DNA of 64,000 nucleotides, taken from Oliverunavirus OLIVR1 (Duplodnaviria; Heunggongvirae; Uroviricota; Caudoviricetes; Schitoviridae). Of this stretch, positions 1-7,919 are shown piece by piece (positions within the stretch are counted from its first letter, which is position 1; each line of letters starts with the position of its first letter). Both the position numbers and the translations under genes were made by a program. The stretch is taken from positions 1-64,000 of IMG/VR virus record IMGVR_UViG_2974724996_000001. The stretch is one strand, 5' to 3'. Under the pieces are notes generated by a model. It was not told where the DNA came from. It worked only from the letters and a program-made list of their open reading frames with translations, and searched no databases.

Positions 1-59
1 ATCAAACTCATTAATATTCTTATTATATAGATAGGGATAAATGGGGGAGGTGTGTCTAT

Positions 60-134
60 TGGAATGTAGCTCAATGGTAGAGCACCTGACTGTTAATCAG
101 GTGGTTCCCGGTTCGAGTCCGGGCTTTCCAGCCA
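60..134 (+). tRNA. tRNA-Asn (anticodon GTT)
   Basis: Cloverleaf read by eye: D-arm gctcaatggtagagc, anticodon stem cctga/tcagg with loop cTGTTaa, T-arm cccgg-ttcgagt-ccggg, 3' CCA encoded; one acceptor mismatch. Confidence 0.75.
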
Positions 135-135
135 A

Positions 136-210
136 TGGCTCTTAGTTCAGTGGTAGAGCGTCAGATTTTGGATCTGGATGTCCTTGGTTCGAGTCCAAGA
201 GAGCCAGCCA
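136..210 (+). tRNA. tRNA-Gln (anticodon TTG)
   Basis: Acceptor tggctct/agagcca perfectly paired, T-arm cttgg-ttcgagt-ccaag, anticodon stem tcaga/tctgg (one G-U) with loop tTTTGga, CCA encoded; lies 1 nt after the previous tRNA. Confidence 0.7.
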
Positions 211-427
211 GTTTAGGAATGATGAAGCGTAAAAGGTAGCGTATGTAGCGAGGGGGAAGGATGATGTCTGGAATTAACCAGTGAACACCTCCGTGAGATT
301 ACCATCATCAGCGTTCATCAGTCCTTGGGAACCAAGAAGCTAAATCCTTTCGTGGATGATAAAGGGCTTGGTTCCCTAAATTTTTCAGAGACCTACAGGG
401 GTTTCGTCACAGTTACCCTGTAGAAGG

Positions 428-470
428 GGGAGCCAAGGAAGTGATTCCGCCTTGGCTCCCTTTTCATTTT
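428..470 (+). terminator. rho-independent terminator (11-bp stem gggagccaagg/ccttggctccc, then T-run)
   Basis: Perfect 11-bp inverted repeat followed by ttttcatttt; downstream of the tRNA pair and upstream of the first CDS. Confidence 0.7.
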
Positions 471-483
471 TAGGAGAACCTCC

Positions 484-915
484 ATGAAACTATTTGATCC
501 TTACGGTTCTCTATCGGCAGCAATGACTGGGATAGAAGTCCATGAAAAACTTTCCCGTGGATCGGGAAGGACACAGACTATGCTGGCAGCAGCAGAAGAC
601 ACAGGCGGCGTAATCATATGTACGCAACAAGCGTATGATGGCATTGTACGTAGGATCAATAGCGTCAATAGACGCAATGATCGTGTTAGAGTTCTAGTTG
701 TGGATCCAACAAAACCCGAGGATATTTATCGAAAGGTAAGACACGGTCCTATCTACTTTGATCATCAATGGATGCTGGAAGTCCATGAGTACCTTATTGT
801 TAGAACAAGTGATTTGTTTTTTCAAATGGTACAAATGATGCCTTCTCCAGATTATAAACATCGCTTCGATGGACCCACTTTCAGTAGTGCGTTCTTGAAT
901 AATCTCACTCCTTAA
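484..915 (+). CDS. hypothetical early protein
   Basis: 143-aa ORF, RBS aggag 6 nt upstream of ATG; no recognisable motif. Confidence 0.55.
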   Translation: MKLFDPYGSLSAAMTGIEVHEKLSRGSGRTQTMLAAAEDTGGVIICTQQAYDGIVRRINSVNRRNDRVRVLVVDPTKPEDIYRKVRHGPIYFDHQWMLEVHEYLIVRTSDLFFQMVQMMPSPDYKHRFDGPTFSSAFLNNLTP

Positions 916-926
916 AGGATACCGCC

Positions 927-1115
927 ATGCTTATGTACTTGGTTCAAGAAGCTTGGCTCCGTGCTAAAGAAAACGGCTACGAGGAAGAACTTCGTATGCT
1001 ACCCGCATTTCAACTAGCAATCGCTCTCCGTGATAAAGATTCTGATATCGGACAATACAGTCTGGAAAAGGTTCTACCTACGGTAATTGATTTCATTAAT
1101 AATGGATACAAGTAA
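927..1115 (+). CDS. hypothetical protein
   Basis: 62-aa ORF tightly packed between neighbouring plus-strand genes. Confidence 0.4.
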   Translation: MLMYLVQEAWLRAKENGYEEELRMLPAFQLAIALRDKDSDIGQYSLEKVLPTVIDFINNGYK

Positions 1116-1522
1116 TGTCTGAAGTAATCATGAAGGGTAATCTTCGGTATACCATCACCTTCAACATCGATCCTAATACAGAACGTAAACATCCTGTCTG
1201 TACCTTTGTAGACGGTCAGCCTTTGGGTCTGCATCGCAATCGTGGCGAGGCTGAACAAGCAATCAACAAAGATTTCTTTTCTCGATCACTTACAGAAGGT
1301 GCACGTTATAGGCATGTAAAGCGTGGTGGCGTTTACACCGTTATTGCAACAGCAAAGCTTCAGGCCGATAATTGGATAACCAATACACTTGAACCCGCCA
1401 CAGTTGATATGACAGAGATGGTTGTTTATCGATCCGAAGATGATCAATCTGTCTGGGTTCACTCAAAAAGTGAATTCATAGACGGTCGTTTTGAAATCAT
1501 TGACGATACACCTGTGCAATAG
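1115..1522 (+). CDS. hypothetical protein
   Basis: 135-aa ORF, start overlaps previous stop (ATGA-type coupling). Confidence 0.5.
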   Translation: MSEVIMKGNLRYTITFNIDPNTERKHPVCTFVDGQPLGLHRNRGEAEQAINKDFFSRSLTEGARYRHVKRGGVYTVIATAKLQADNWITNTLEPATVDMTEMVVYRSEDDQSVWVHSKSEFIDGRFEIIDDTPVQ

Positions 1523-1533
1523 CCATTCTAAAG

Positions 1534-1555
1534 ATTATCCGAATAATCGGATAAT
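1534..1555. promoter_or_regulatory. perfect palindrome attatccga-ataa-tcggataat (9-bp arms, 4-bp spacer); candidate operator
   Basis: Exact inverted repeat seen directly in sequence about 25 nt upstream of the HU gene RBS. Confidence 0.3.
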
Positions 1556-1580
1556 AACCCAGCAATAAGGAAACATTATA

Positions 1581-1853
1581 ATGACAACCCTCGCAAACGT
1601 TGTGTCCACCGTCTCGGAACATTTCGGTATCAGCAAGTCTGAAGTTGAAAAGGTTCTGAAGCAGGGCTTCGAAACCATCAAGTCCGAAGTGGCTGTTGGT
1701 AACGAAGTCAGCATCCCGGGCTTTGGTAAGTTCAGCACGTCTGAACGTGCAGCCCGTGTAGGTCGTAATCCGGCCACCGGTGAGGAAATCCAGATTGCTG
1801 CATCAACGAGCGTGAAGTTCAAGGCTGCAAGCTTGTTCAAGAACGCTCTGTAA
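1581..1853 (+). CDS. hup: HU/IHF-family DNA-binding protein
   Basis: 90 aa; contains the GFGKF...R.GRNP.TGE.I.I signature of bacterial histone-like HU proteins; RBS aggaa. Confidence 0.9.
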   Translation: MTTLANVVSTVSEHFGISKSEVEKVLKQGFETIKSEVAVGNEVSIPGFGKFSTSERAARVGRNPATGEEIQIAASTSVKFKAASLFKNAL

Positions 1854-1884
1854 TACATCCAGTCGTCCCCGCCTCTGGATGTCT

Positions 1885-1929
1885 GGGGAAGAAGGTTCCT
1901 GCCATTTCCTTCTTCCCCTTTCTTTTTTG
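1885..1929 (+). terminator. rho-independent terminator after HU gene
   Basis: 11-bp stem ggggaagaagg/ccttcttcccc followed by tttctttttt. Confidence 0.75.
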
Positions 1930-2460
1930 AATACCCAGTAGAGCGACCTGCTGGGGGTAGACGATCTTCCTCTCTGCTGCCGTGGGGGAATGATCTCGGC
2001 AGGTGGGTGTCTGTTGGTTGACGCTTGGGTTCATACCCCTTGCTACGTTGGTTCAATTCCAACCCCACCTGTTTATAATTTAATTAGATGAGTAAGGCTC
2101 GTGTGGACAAGCGCGCTTTAACAACGTCCTAACCTTGTTCCCTTATAGGAGCGTGCGTCTTGCAAGCCAGTACGTTATGCGGGGGATAGTAAACCTTACT
2201 CTTCTAATTAAATTGGGTTACCCGAGTAATGACGGGTATACCCCTTGGCCTTGGTTCTGGGCCTTATACTCAACCTCGTTCTCGTAGTCTGACGGTGATC
2301 AGAATACTCCGATCCCCTGCTTAGGACATAATGGCAGGTAACCCTGAACCGGGGTCATTTGTATAGTCCAGTACATTGCTGGAAGGTCAAGGGTGGGTCT
2401 TAGCTGGCCAGCATACATGTTATGAAGTGGCTACCTCGTTCAATTCGAGGCATTTCATGT
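1930..2460 (+). other. ORF-free structured region with tRNA-like hairpins
   Basis: No credible ORF; T-arm-like hairpins ttggg-ttcatac-ccc, gttgg-ttcaatt-ccaac (+ acceptor-like caggtgg/ccacctg), cctcg-ttcaatt-cgagg; long-range inverted repeat aatttaattagatgagtaagg (2073-2095) / ccttactcttctaattaaatt (2194-2216). Confidence 0.35.
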
Positions 2461-2491
2461 GACCTGCCTATTTAATTTCTGGAGAAAGATT

Positions 2492-2737
2492 ATGATAGTA
2501 ATCAGGATTGAGCTTCACTCAGCCGTAACCCAAAAGGTTACAGAGCTAGGGCGTATGCACATAGCAAACGATGGTAGCTCTCTTGATCCTACTATCGGCC
2601 ATTATGATGGTAAGGTTCTTCGTAAGCCTGACTTCGTTCGTGAAACACGAACTGCCCATGTCCACGGACACAAGAGGCAGGCACTTACAATATGGCATCT
2701 CCTAGGTAAGATGCTCAAGGAGATGGGTTATGTTTGA
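2492..2737 (+). CDS. hypothetical protein
   Basis: ORF with RBS ggagaaag upstream of ATG 2492 (track start 2459 has no RBS). Confidence 0.4.
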   Translation: MIVIRIELHSAVTQKVTELGRMHIANDGSSLDPTIGHYDGKVLRKPDFVRETRTAHVHGHKRQALTIWHLLGKMLKEMGYV

Positions 2738-3023
2738 TAACATATACAAAGCTTGTTTCGCCATAACGTTAGACTACGGCGGACTTAACCGAGATCGCGG
2801 CGAAGACCAGATCAAGGAAGAGTATGCAGACTTCACGGCAACCTATGAGGCTCGCTATCCCGGTGTAGATCTACCGGCTATTGATGCTTGGTTTGGTTCT
2901 CTGGATGATGAGGCCATGGAGGTCGCCACTGCTGGTGAAGAGTCTGAGATGCAGGCTCTCTTTGAAGACGCCCCCGAAGGAGCGTACACTCTGCTCGAAC
3001 ATTGGTTCGAAGAACATTGCTAA
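2730..3023 (+). CDS. hypothetical acidic protein
   Basis: 97-aa ORF, overlaps previous stop; acidic C-terminus. Confidence 0.45.
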   Translation: MFDNIYKACFAITLDYGGLNRDRGEDQIKEEYADFTATYEARYPGVDLPAIDAWFGSLDDEAMEVATAGEESEMQALFEDAPEGAYTLLEHWFEEHC

Positions 3024-3070
3024 TCACGGTAGGCCACCGTGTAGGGTGTTAAGACAATACCCGGAACGAC

Positions 3071-3137
3071 ATCGCTGTAGCTCAGCCCGGTAGAGCATGT
3101 GCGCACAAGGTCGCTGGTTCAAATCCAGTCAGTGATG
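3071..3137 (+). tRNA. tRNA-like element, degenerate (no canonical anticodon arm)
   Basis: Acceptor atcgctg/cagtgat (one G-U), perfect D-arm gctc-agcccggta-gagc and T-arm gctgg-ttcaaat-ccagt, but only 15 nt (palindrome tgtgcgcaca) where the 17-nt anticodon arm should be; total 67 nt. Confidence 0.35.
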
Positions 3138-3236
3138 TCAATCTATTTCAAATCCATCCTGTGGATGGTAGAGGCCAGCATGTCTGATGCAGGGTTCCCT
3201 AGCGGTGCTGGCCTCGTTCTATTAAGGAAACCCTCC

Positions 3237-3524
3237 ATGATCAGAAAGCTTCTTGATTACTTTCGTAATCGTACTCACAAATATAAAGTCGGTGATCGAG
3301 TAATATTTGTCAACGACTTCGGTGTCGTCTATCTATGGACCATTAGCGAGTTGACCACTTGGGAAACCGCCTCGGGGAAGGTCCTCCCAGCCTATCATCC
3401 CATGGGTACCCAGACACCTTGGTTCCCCTATGAGGAGTCTCGTCTCCATAAAGCCACTGATCTTGATAAGATGAGCACCCCTACCGAGCTTCAAAAGAAG
3501 TATGGCTTCACCCCAACTGAATAG
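3237..3524 (+). CDS. hypothetical protein
   Basis: ORF track 3099-3524; start reset to ATG 3237 (RBS aaggaaa) because upstream part overlaps the tRNA-like element. Confidence 0.4.
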   Translation: MIRKLLDYFRNRTHKYKVGDRVIFVNDFGVVYLWTISELTTWETASGKVLPAYHPMGTQTPWFPYEESRLHKATDLDKMSTPTELQKKYGFTPTE

Positions 3525-3959
3525 TATGGTTGTAAATGAAACCTCCTCATCATGTTCAAAACAAAGCAGTTCGTCCTTCATGGAAACAACTTTTCCGTGA
3601 ACTTAAATGCTCCATCTCTGGACATGTTTTCTATGTGGCATGGGGGAATGGCTACCGTGGTTTACCTCAGTCTCATTGTTTTTGTTGTGGTGTCAAAGGT
3701 CCTTCTGCCATTCCTTCTTGCGAAGAGTGGATAGAACCTATCGGTTGAACCAAAGAAATAAACTACTCCCCGAACGAAGTGAGGGGAAAATTACTTCCAC
3801 TAATATTAATTCGTCCATGAATAATGGATGATAGCCGGGGTAGCCCAAGCACAAGGCAAGAGGTTCTGTGAACAACGGAGATAGTGTGAGTAGGGTGGCT
3901 GATCTTCCTTTCAAGGATGCTCATTCACGAGTCTCACCCCCGGCACCAATTTAATCAAA

Positions 3960-4009
3960 GTGTATCTGATGAGTCCTTATTGGACGAAACGCATTAGGGC
4001 GTCATACAC
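3960..4009 (+). ncRNA. hammerhead ribozyme, type I (stem I open), minimal
   Basis: Stem I gtgtat(3960-3965)/atacac(4004-4009); core CTGATGA 3966-3972; stem II gtcc-ttatt-ggac 3973-3985 (G10.1-C11.1 present); GAAA 3986-3989; stem III cgc-attagg-gcg 3990-4001 closed by A15.1-U16.1; cleavage triplet GUC with C17 at 4003. Confidence 0.7.
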
Positions 4010-4284
4010 ACCTAGTAGAGAGCCACTCTGTGCTGCACGCAGATGAACTATGGGCATGTGGGATTGTTACCGGTAGCAGTCCAAGGGGTATAAGCAGAAT
4101 ACTCAAAGCTCTCACTATTAACTTCAAGGAATGATAGACATGGAATATGATTATTCTGAATATGGTTTTTGTTATGTGTTTCATAAACATAAAGTAGTCT
4201 TCATTTGTAGTCGTATAATTACAGAAGGATATCTATCCGCAGGTAGTATTCAATATGAGCAAGACACATTAGGAGAATAATATT

Positions 4285-4518
4285 ATGTCTAATGAACTTA
4301 CGTTAACTGAGCACCGTCAAGAATACATACATGCTAAACGTTTTTACGAAGAGGCAAACGTAAATAAACTAACGCCTCACGTAGCAAAGCATGAAGCACG
4401 GCTTATGGAGTATCATGCACTTTCCATTGTACATTGGGAATGGCGTAATACACCTCTTCCTATCTCGAAAGCAGACTTCCTTTCGCTTAAATCTTTGCAA
4501 GATAAAGCAGGTTTGTAA
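4285..4518 (+). CDS. hypothetical protein
   Basis: 77-aa ORF, RBS taggag upstream. Confidence 0.5.
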   Translation: MSNELTLTEHRQEYIHAKRFYEEANVNKLTPHVAKHEARLMEYHALSIVHWEWRNTPLPISKADFLSLKSLQDKAGL

Positions 4519-4583
4519 GGAATAACATTACTTAAGTAATCCTTATATAGATTATTGTGCATATATTTTTTGGAGACAAATAA

Positions 4584-4662
4584 CCAAGGGTAGTTCAACT
4601 GGTAGAACCCCGGGTAGGTAGCTCCTATCTGGTATATGGAAGTTCAAATCTTCCCCCTTGGG
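4584..4662 (+). tRNA. tRNA-like element, anticodon unassigned
   Basis: Perfect acceptor ccaaggg/cccttgg, D-arm gttc-aactggta-gaac, T-arm ggaag-ttcaaat-cttcc; 29-nt middle lacks a canonical 5-bp/7-nt anticodon arm (best: ggtag-gTAGCtc-ctatc). Confidence 0.4.
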
Positions 4663-4754
4663 CCTCACTAATATTATATTAGTAATCCAGTAGATGATAG
4701 TCTTACAGATGTCAGAGGGTAGGGTACACTGGGGCGCAAGCCCCATAAACTTAA

Positions 4755-4769
4755 GTACCCCCCGGGTAC
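4755..4769 (+). promoter_or_regulatory. hairpin gtaccc-ccc-gggtac (6-bp stem, 3-nt loop); candidate N4-type vRNAP early-promoter hairpin
   Basis: Seen in sequence 80 nt upstream of gene 4848; N4 virion RNAP promoters are 5-7 bp stems with 3-nt loops carrying a central G on the template strand (here the template loop would be GGG). Confidence 0.25.
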
Positions 4770-4847
4770 ACCCCCTATACACTGACCATGGGTACCCCCA
4801 TTCAGTCGCTCCGCTCCTTCTAGTCGCAGCTTAAGGAGCACATCATC

Positions 4848-5189
4848 ATGGCATCATCCATCACTCAGACCTTCGGTAAGGTCCTCAACACCATCGGTAC
4901 AGTAGCTGATGCAGCTACCAAAACCGTAGACAACGTAGCAGCAGGACTGGACATGCTCGACATGTTCGTCATGACTGCAAAGCAGAAGCAGGAAGCGCGT
5001 ACCGCAGCTGACATGCATACGTTCTATGACGATCTTCAGAACGAAGTAGCTCTTGAGAATGCACTCAAGGCTGAACAACTGGAAATCGCATTGAACAATA
5101 ATGCACAGTTGAAGAAACACTTCACCAACCAGCATGAAAAACTTAACTCTGTCATCAACAAGGTTCGTACCAAGTATAACCCTGAATAA
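4848..5189 (+). CDS. hypothetical protein
   Basis: 113-aa ORF with strong RBS aaggagcac; alanine/coiled-coil-rich. Confidence 0.6.
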   Translation: MASSITQTFGKVLNTIGTVADAATKTVDNVAAGLDMLDMFVMTAKQKQEARTAADMHTFYDDLQNEVALENALKAEQLEIALNNNAQLKKHFTNQHEKLNSVINKVRTKYNPE

Positions 5190-5295
5190 CAAATTGGTCT
5201 CTGAGAAATCGGAGACCGAAATCCTTAATTAGATAGTTCTAGTTAATAATCTACTAAGATTATTAGATAGCATTATCTTAAAATGGAGAAATAAA

Positions 5296-5511
5296 ATGGC
5301 AAATGAAATCCATCCAGAAAAAATCAATGAAAACTCTAAACTTGGAGAAAAACTCCGAAAATTCAGAGATTATCTGAAAGCAGTGAGACCACATTCACAT
5401 AAAGAAATTCTCTGGGATTTCCTCGCTGCAATCGTCATCAATATCGCTGAAGGAGTATCCTTCGAAGATATGCTCAAGGAGATTGAATTCTTCTCCGAAC
5501 ACAAGGATTGA
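5296..5511 (+). CDS. hypothetical protein
   Basis: 71-aa ORF, RBS ggag. Confidence 0.45.
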   Translation: MANEIHPEKINENSKLGEKLRKFRDYLKAVRPHSHKEILWDFLAAIVINIAEGVSFEDMLKEIEFFSEHKD

Positions 5512-5517
5512 TCCAAA

Positions 5518-5706
5518 ATGATCCCTCAGAAGCCTGTGCCTTGTGCACATATCGCAGACTATTATGAATGGAAAATCTATCACCTTGGTGAGAGAAATCT
5601 CGGTAATACCTTGTTGTACAAGGGATACCTTCATTGGGCTGCTGGCTTCATTGAGGGTTATTGGAATAACCTCTATCGTGCAGTCATTACCATTAGGAGA
5701 GTATAA
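5518..5706 (+). CDS. hypothetical protein
   Basis: 62-aa ORF. Confidence 0.4.
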   Translation: MIPQKPVPCAHIADYYEWKIYHLGERNLGNTLLYKGYLHWAAGFIEGYWNNLYRAVITIRRV

Positions 5707-5900
5707 TGGGCTTTAAAAGAATAGCGGGAATGTATCCGCATAAACACACCAAACGTAGATTTTATCGTTGGGCGGGAAAAAATCTTGGTGCGATTGTTGT
5801 AAAACACGAACGTATTATTCGAGATTATAAAGGTAATCTCTGGACTATTCGTACCTTCGTAGATGGTAAAATACTAATGATATCACGAGTATGGACATAA
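5706..5900 (+). CDS. hypothetical protein
   Basis: 64-aa ORF overlapping previous stop. Confidence 0.4.
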   Translation: MGFKRIAGMYPHKHTKRRFYRWAGKNLGAIVVKHERIIRDYKGNLWTIRTFVDGKILMISRVWT

Positions 5901-5997
5901 CCATCAATCTCACCACTACAGCAGCAGGCTGTATCAGCACTTCCGTTGTAATTATTGCACTAATTATTGGTGTAATATCTGCCTTTAAGGGATAAAC

Positions 5998-6177
5998 ATG
6001 AGACTCCTCAAACATCAATATGACTACAAGTTCGATGATCCCATTGAGGATCAAGAAGAACTTCCGGAAGAACTTGATGAAATCCTGAACCAAAGGAAAA
6101 GAAATGCTCAAGGCAAACTTCGCGGTATGGACCGCAGGAATGACCCTTCTCGTCGTAATAGCTCTAACCGTAAGTAA
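5998..6177 (+). CDS. hypothetical small acidic/basic protein (59 aa)
   Basis: ORF below track cutoff; RBS aaggga before ATG 5998; fills gap between plus-strand genes. Confidence 0.3.
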   Translation: MRLLKHQYDYKFDDPIEDQEELPEELDEILNQRKRNAQGKLRGMDRRNDPSRRNSSNRK

Positions 6178-6245
6178 TAACGGAATGAGCAATTGCTTGA
6201 ACAATCACAGCAGGGATACCTGCGTTAACCTCTTGAGGTAAGGTA

Positions 6246-6440
6246 ATGGAATTCTGGCAACTTGTTGCAACTGGTATCCTTCTGCATCTAGCAACTGCTT
6301 ACTACCTAATACAGTTGATGGGTGCTCTTGATAGGATGAGGGTATTTGGTGGAACCATAACTATTGGTCTCTTCCCTCTCATCATCGTAGCAACCACTAT
6401 TGTATGGTGGTGCTACTTGTTGTTCGGATATAAAGCATGA
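6246..6440 (+). CDS. small membrane protein (two predicted TM helices)
   Basis: 64-aa hydrophobic ORF, RBS gaggtaagg. Confidence 0.45.
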   Translation: MEFWQLVATGILLHLATAYYLIQLMGALDRMRVFGGTITIGLFPLIIVATTIVWWCYLLFGYKA

Positions 6441-6778
6441 GAAGTCTCAGCGCTAACAGCTATGACATAGCTATCTTGAACCAACTGAAAATGCTCAAGC
6501 TTAGGCTTGAACTCAAAGAACCACCAGCAACAGGCATATGTGATTTTGTTAAATCACCCTTCACAGAACTTCAGTGGTCTGAGGTACGTGATAGGTTGGA
6601 AAAGGCAATGGCTACATGGCCTAATCATTCTGGCGATATGGTGTTCCCTGTTGAGGGAACATCCTACAATTACTGGCGTAATGAGCAGTTTCGGTGGGAT
6701 CCAAAAAATGAATACGGGGCAAAACGTATTGCCCTTCTTGATTACCTCTATAATTACTTCAAAAATGCAGTGAGCTAA
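6437..6778 (+). CDS. hypothetical protein
   Basis: 113-aa ORF, overlapping start/stop with previous gene. Confidence 0.5.
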   Translation: MRSLSANSYDIAILNQLKMLKLRLELKEPPATGICDFVKSPFTELQWSEVRDRLEKAMATWPNHSGDMVFPVEGTSYNYWRNEQFRWDPKNEYGAKRIALLDYLYNYFKNAVS

Positions 6779-6830
6779 TAACCATTGCGTTTTTGTGGTT
6801 TAGACATCCTGACGTGAAAGGTAAACATCA

Positions 6831-6977
6831 ATGAAATTCCGTGTTCACTACGTCCTCGAAGGCGAAAAATACACCAAGGACGTTGAAGCTGATCGTCCTG
6901 AAGACGCAGCAAAACATGTTCGGAAAACGGTGCAAGGTGCCATCGTTTCCAAAACCAAGGTAGTGCGCGAAGCATAG
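6831..6977 (+). CDS. hypothetical small protein (48 aa)
   Basis: ATG 6831 preceded by aaaggtaaaca; short, low support. Confidence 0.25.
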   Translation: MKFRVHYVLEGEKYTKDVEADRPEDAAKHVRKTVQGAIVSKTKVVREA

Positions 6978-7039
6978 TCGCTCCGCTCCTATTAGAGGAA
7001 TAATCCTCGACCTAACCATGAAATATTAAGGAGATTATC

Positions 7040-7438
7040 ATGGGCATTCTCGACACACTCAACGCACGCAACAACTCTTCTGCTGGTCGTTCGGCAGCTA
7101 ACGGCTCTCAGCAGGATCGTCCTGTTGCACAGACGTGGATGAACATCGGTTATGAAGCGAACGGTCAGTTCGTCAATCTGCCGCTGGGCCTCGCCATCGA
7201 CACCATGGAACCCATCAACATCCGTGGCCAGAACGAAGAGTTCGTTGCTCTTCAGACGGCACGTAATGAACTCCTGAAGGAAATTCAGGAACTGGGTGAC
7301 AAACTGGAACCCGGTGCGGTTCTCACACTGCCGCTGACCATCCAGATTCGTCGTGTCAATGACAAGGTGGTCGTTGACAGCGAAAGCAACCCGTTCAGCA
7401 TGGCAAATGCTGGTCTCAAGCTCGTCGCTGCTGAATAA
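7040..7438 (+). CDS. hypothetical protein
   Basis: 132-aa ORF with RBS taaggag; followed by terminator. Confidence 0.6.
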   Translation: MGILDTLNARNNSSAGRSAANGSQQDRPVAQTWMNIGYEANGQFVNLPLGLAIDTMEPINIRGQNEEFVALQTARNELLKEIQELGDKLEPGAVLTLPLTIQIRRVNDKVVVDSESNPFSMANAGLKLVAAE

Positions 7439-7445
7439 TATCTTG

Positions 7446-7481
7446 GGCATCATCTCTTCGGAGATGATGCCTTTAAATTTT
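7446..7481 (+). terminator. rho-independent terminator
   Basis: ggcatcatctc-ttcg-gagatgatgcc then tttaaatttt. Confidence 0.75.
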
Positions 7482-7601
7482 ACAATCCGATAGTATTTAT
7501 AGGAATAATGAGTCCAATAAGTAGAAGTCAGTTTCAACTCGACTATAATCTATTTCTACTTTTTTGACTCATTTTGACTAAGGGAACCAATGGAGTAACC
7601 C

Positions 7602-7919
7602 ATGATAAGGTATGCTGTTAAACACCTACCAACAGGTCATTACATACCTCAACCAGAGGGTAGAAATGGACGTGGTGGTAGCCATGTCAAACCTGATCCA
7701 GACAGTAACAAAGCTAGGTTGTTCATGACTGAGCGCTCTGCGAAGATTTACATCACTACTTACTGCATGGGTAAGTTTGTAGCCAGCAGAGGTGTGGACC
7801 CGGGACATCCCGGTAATGATTGGGAGGCTGATTACTACGAAGATATCTCAATTATCCCTCAAGCAGATCGTAACAAGGATGACTTCGAAGTCATCCCACT
7901 CAAGGTGGATATGCCATGA
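7602..7919 (+). CDS. hypothetical protein
   Basis: 105-aa ORF, RBS ggag. Confidence 0.5.
   Translation: MIRYAVKHLPTGHYIPQPEGRNGRGGSHVKPDPDSNKARLFMTERSAKIYITTYCMGKFVASRGVDPGHPGNDWEADYYEDISIIPQADRNKDDFEVIPLKVDMP

Noticed and set aside
322-337. Hairpin ccttgg-gaa-ccaag as an N4-type vRNAP promoter
   Set aside because: For rightward transcription the template-strand loop would be TTC, lacking the required central G. It is more likely part of the leader structure.
1535-2068. 177-aa minus-strand ORF overlapping the HU gene and terminator
   Set aside because: It is antisense to a well-supported HU gene and runs through a terminator hairpin. It has no RBS and low-complexity composition.
3536-3831. 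Three mutually overlapping small ORFs (3536-3748, 3552-3734, 3607-3831)
   Set aside because: None has an RBS. They overlap each other in different frames, and an anti-SD cctcc precedes one start. The region is better treated as non-coding.
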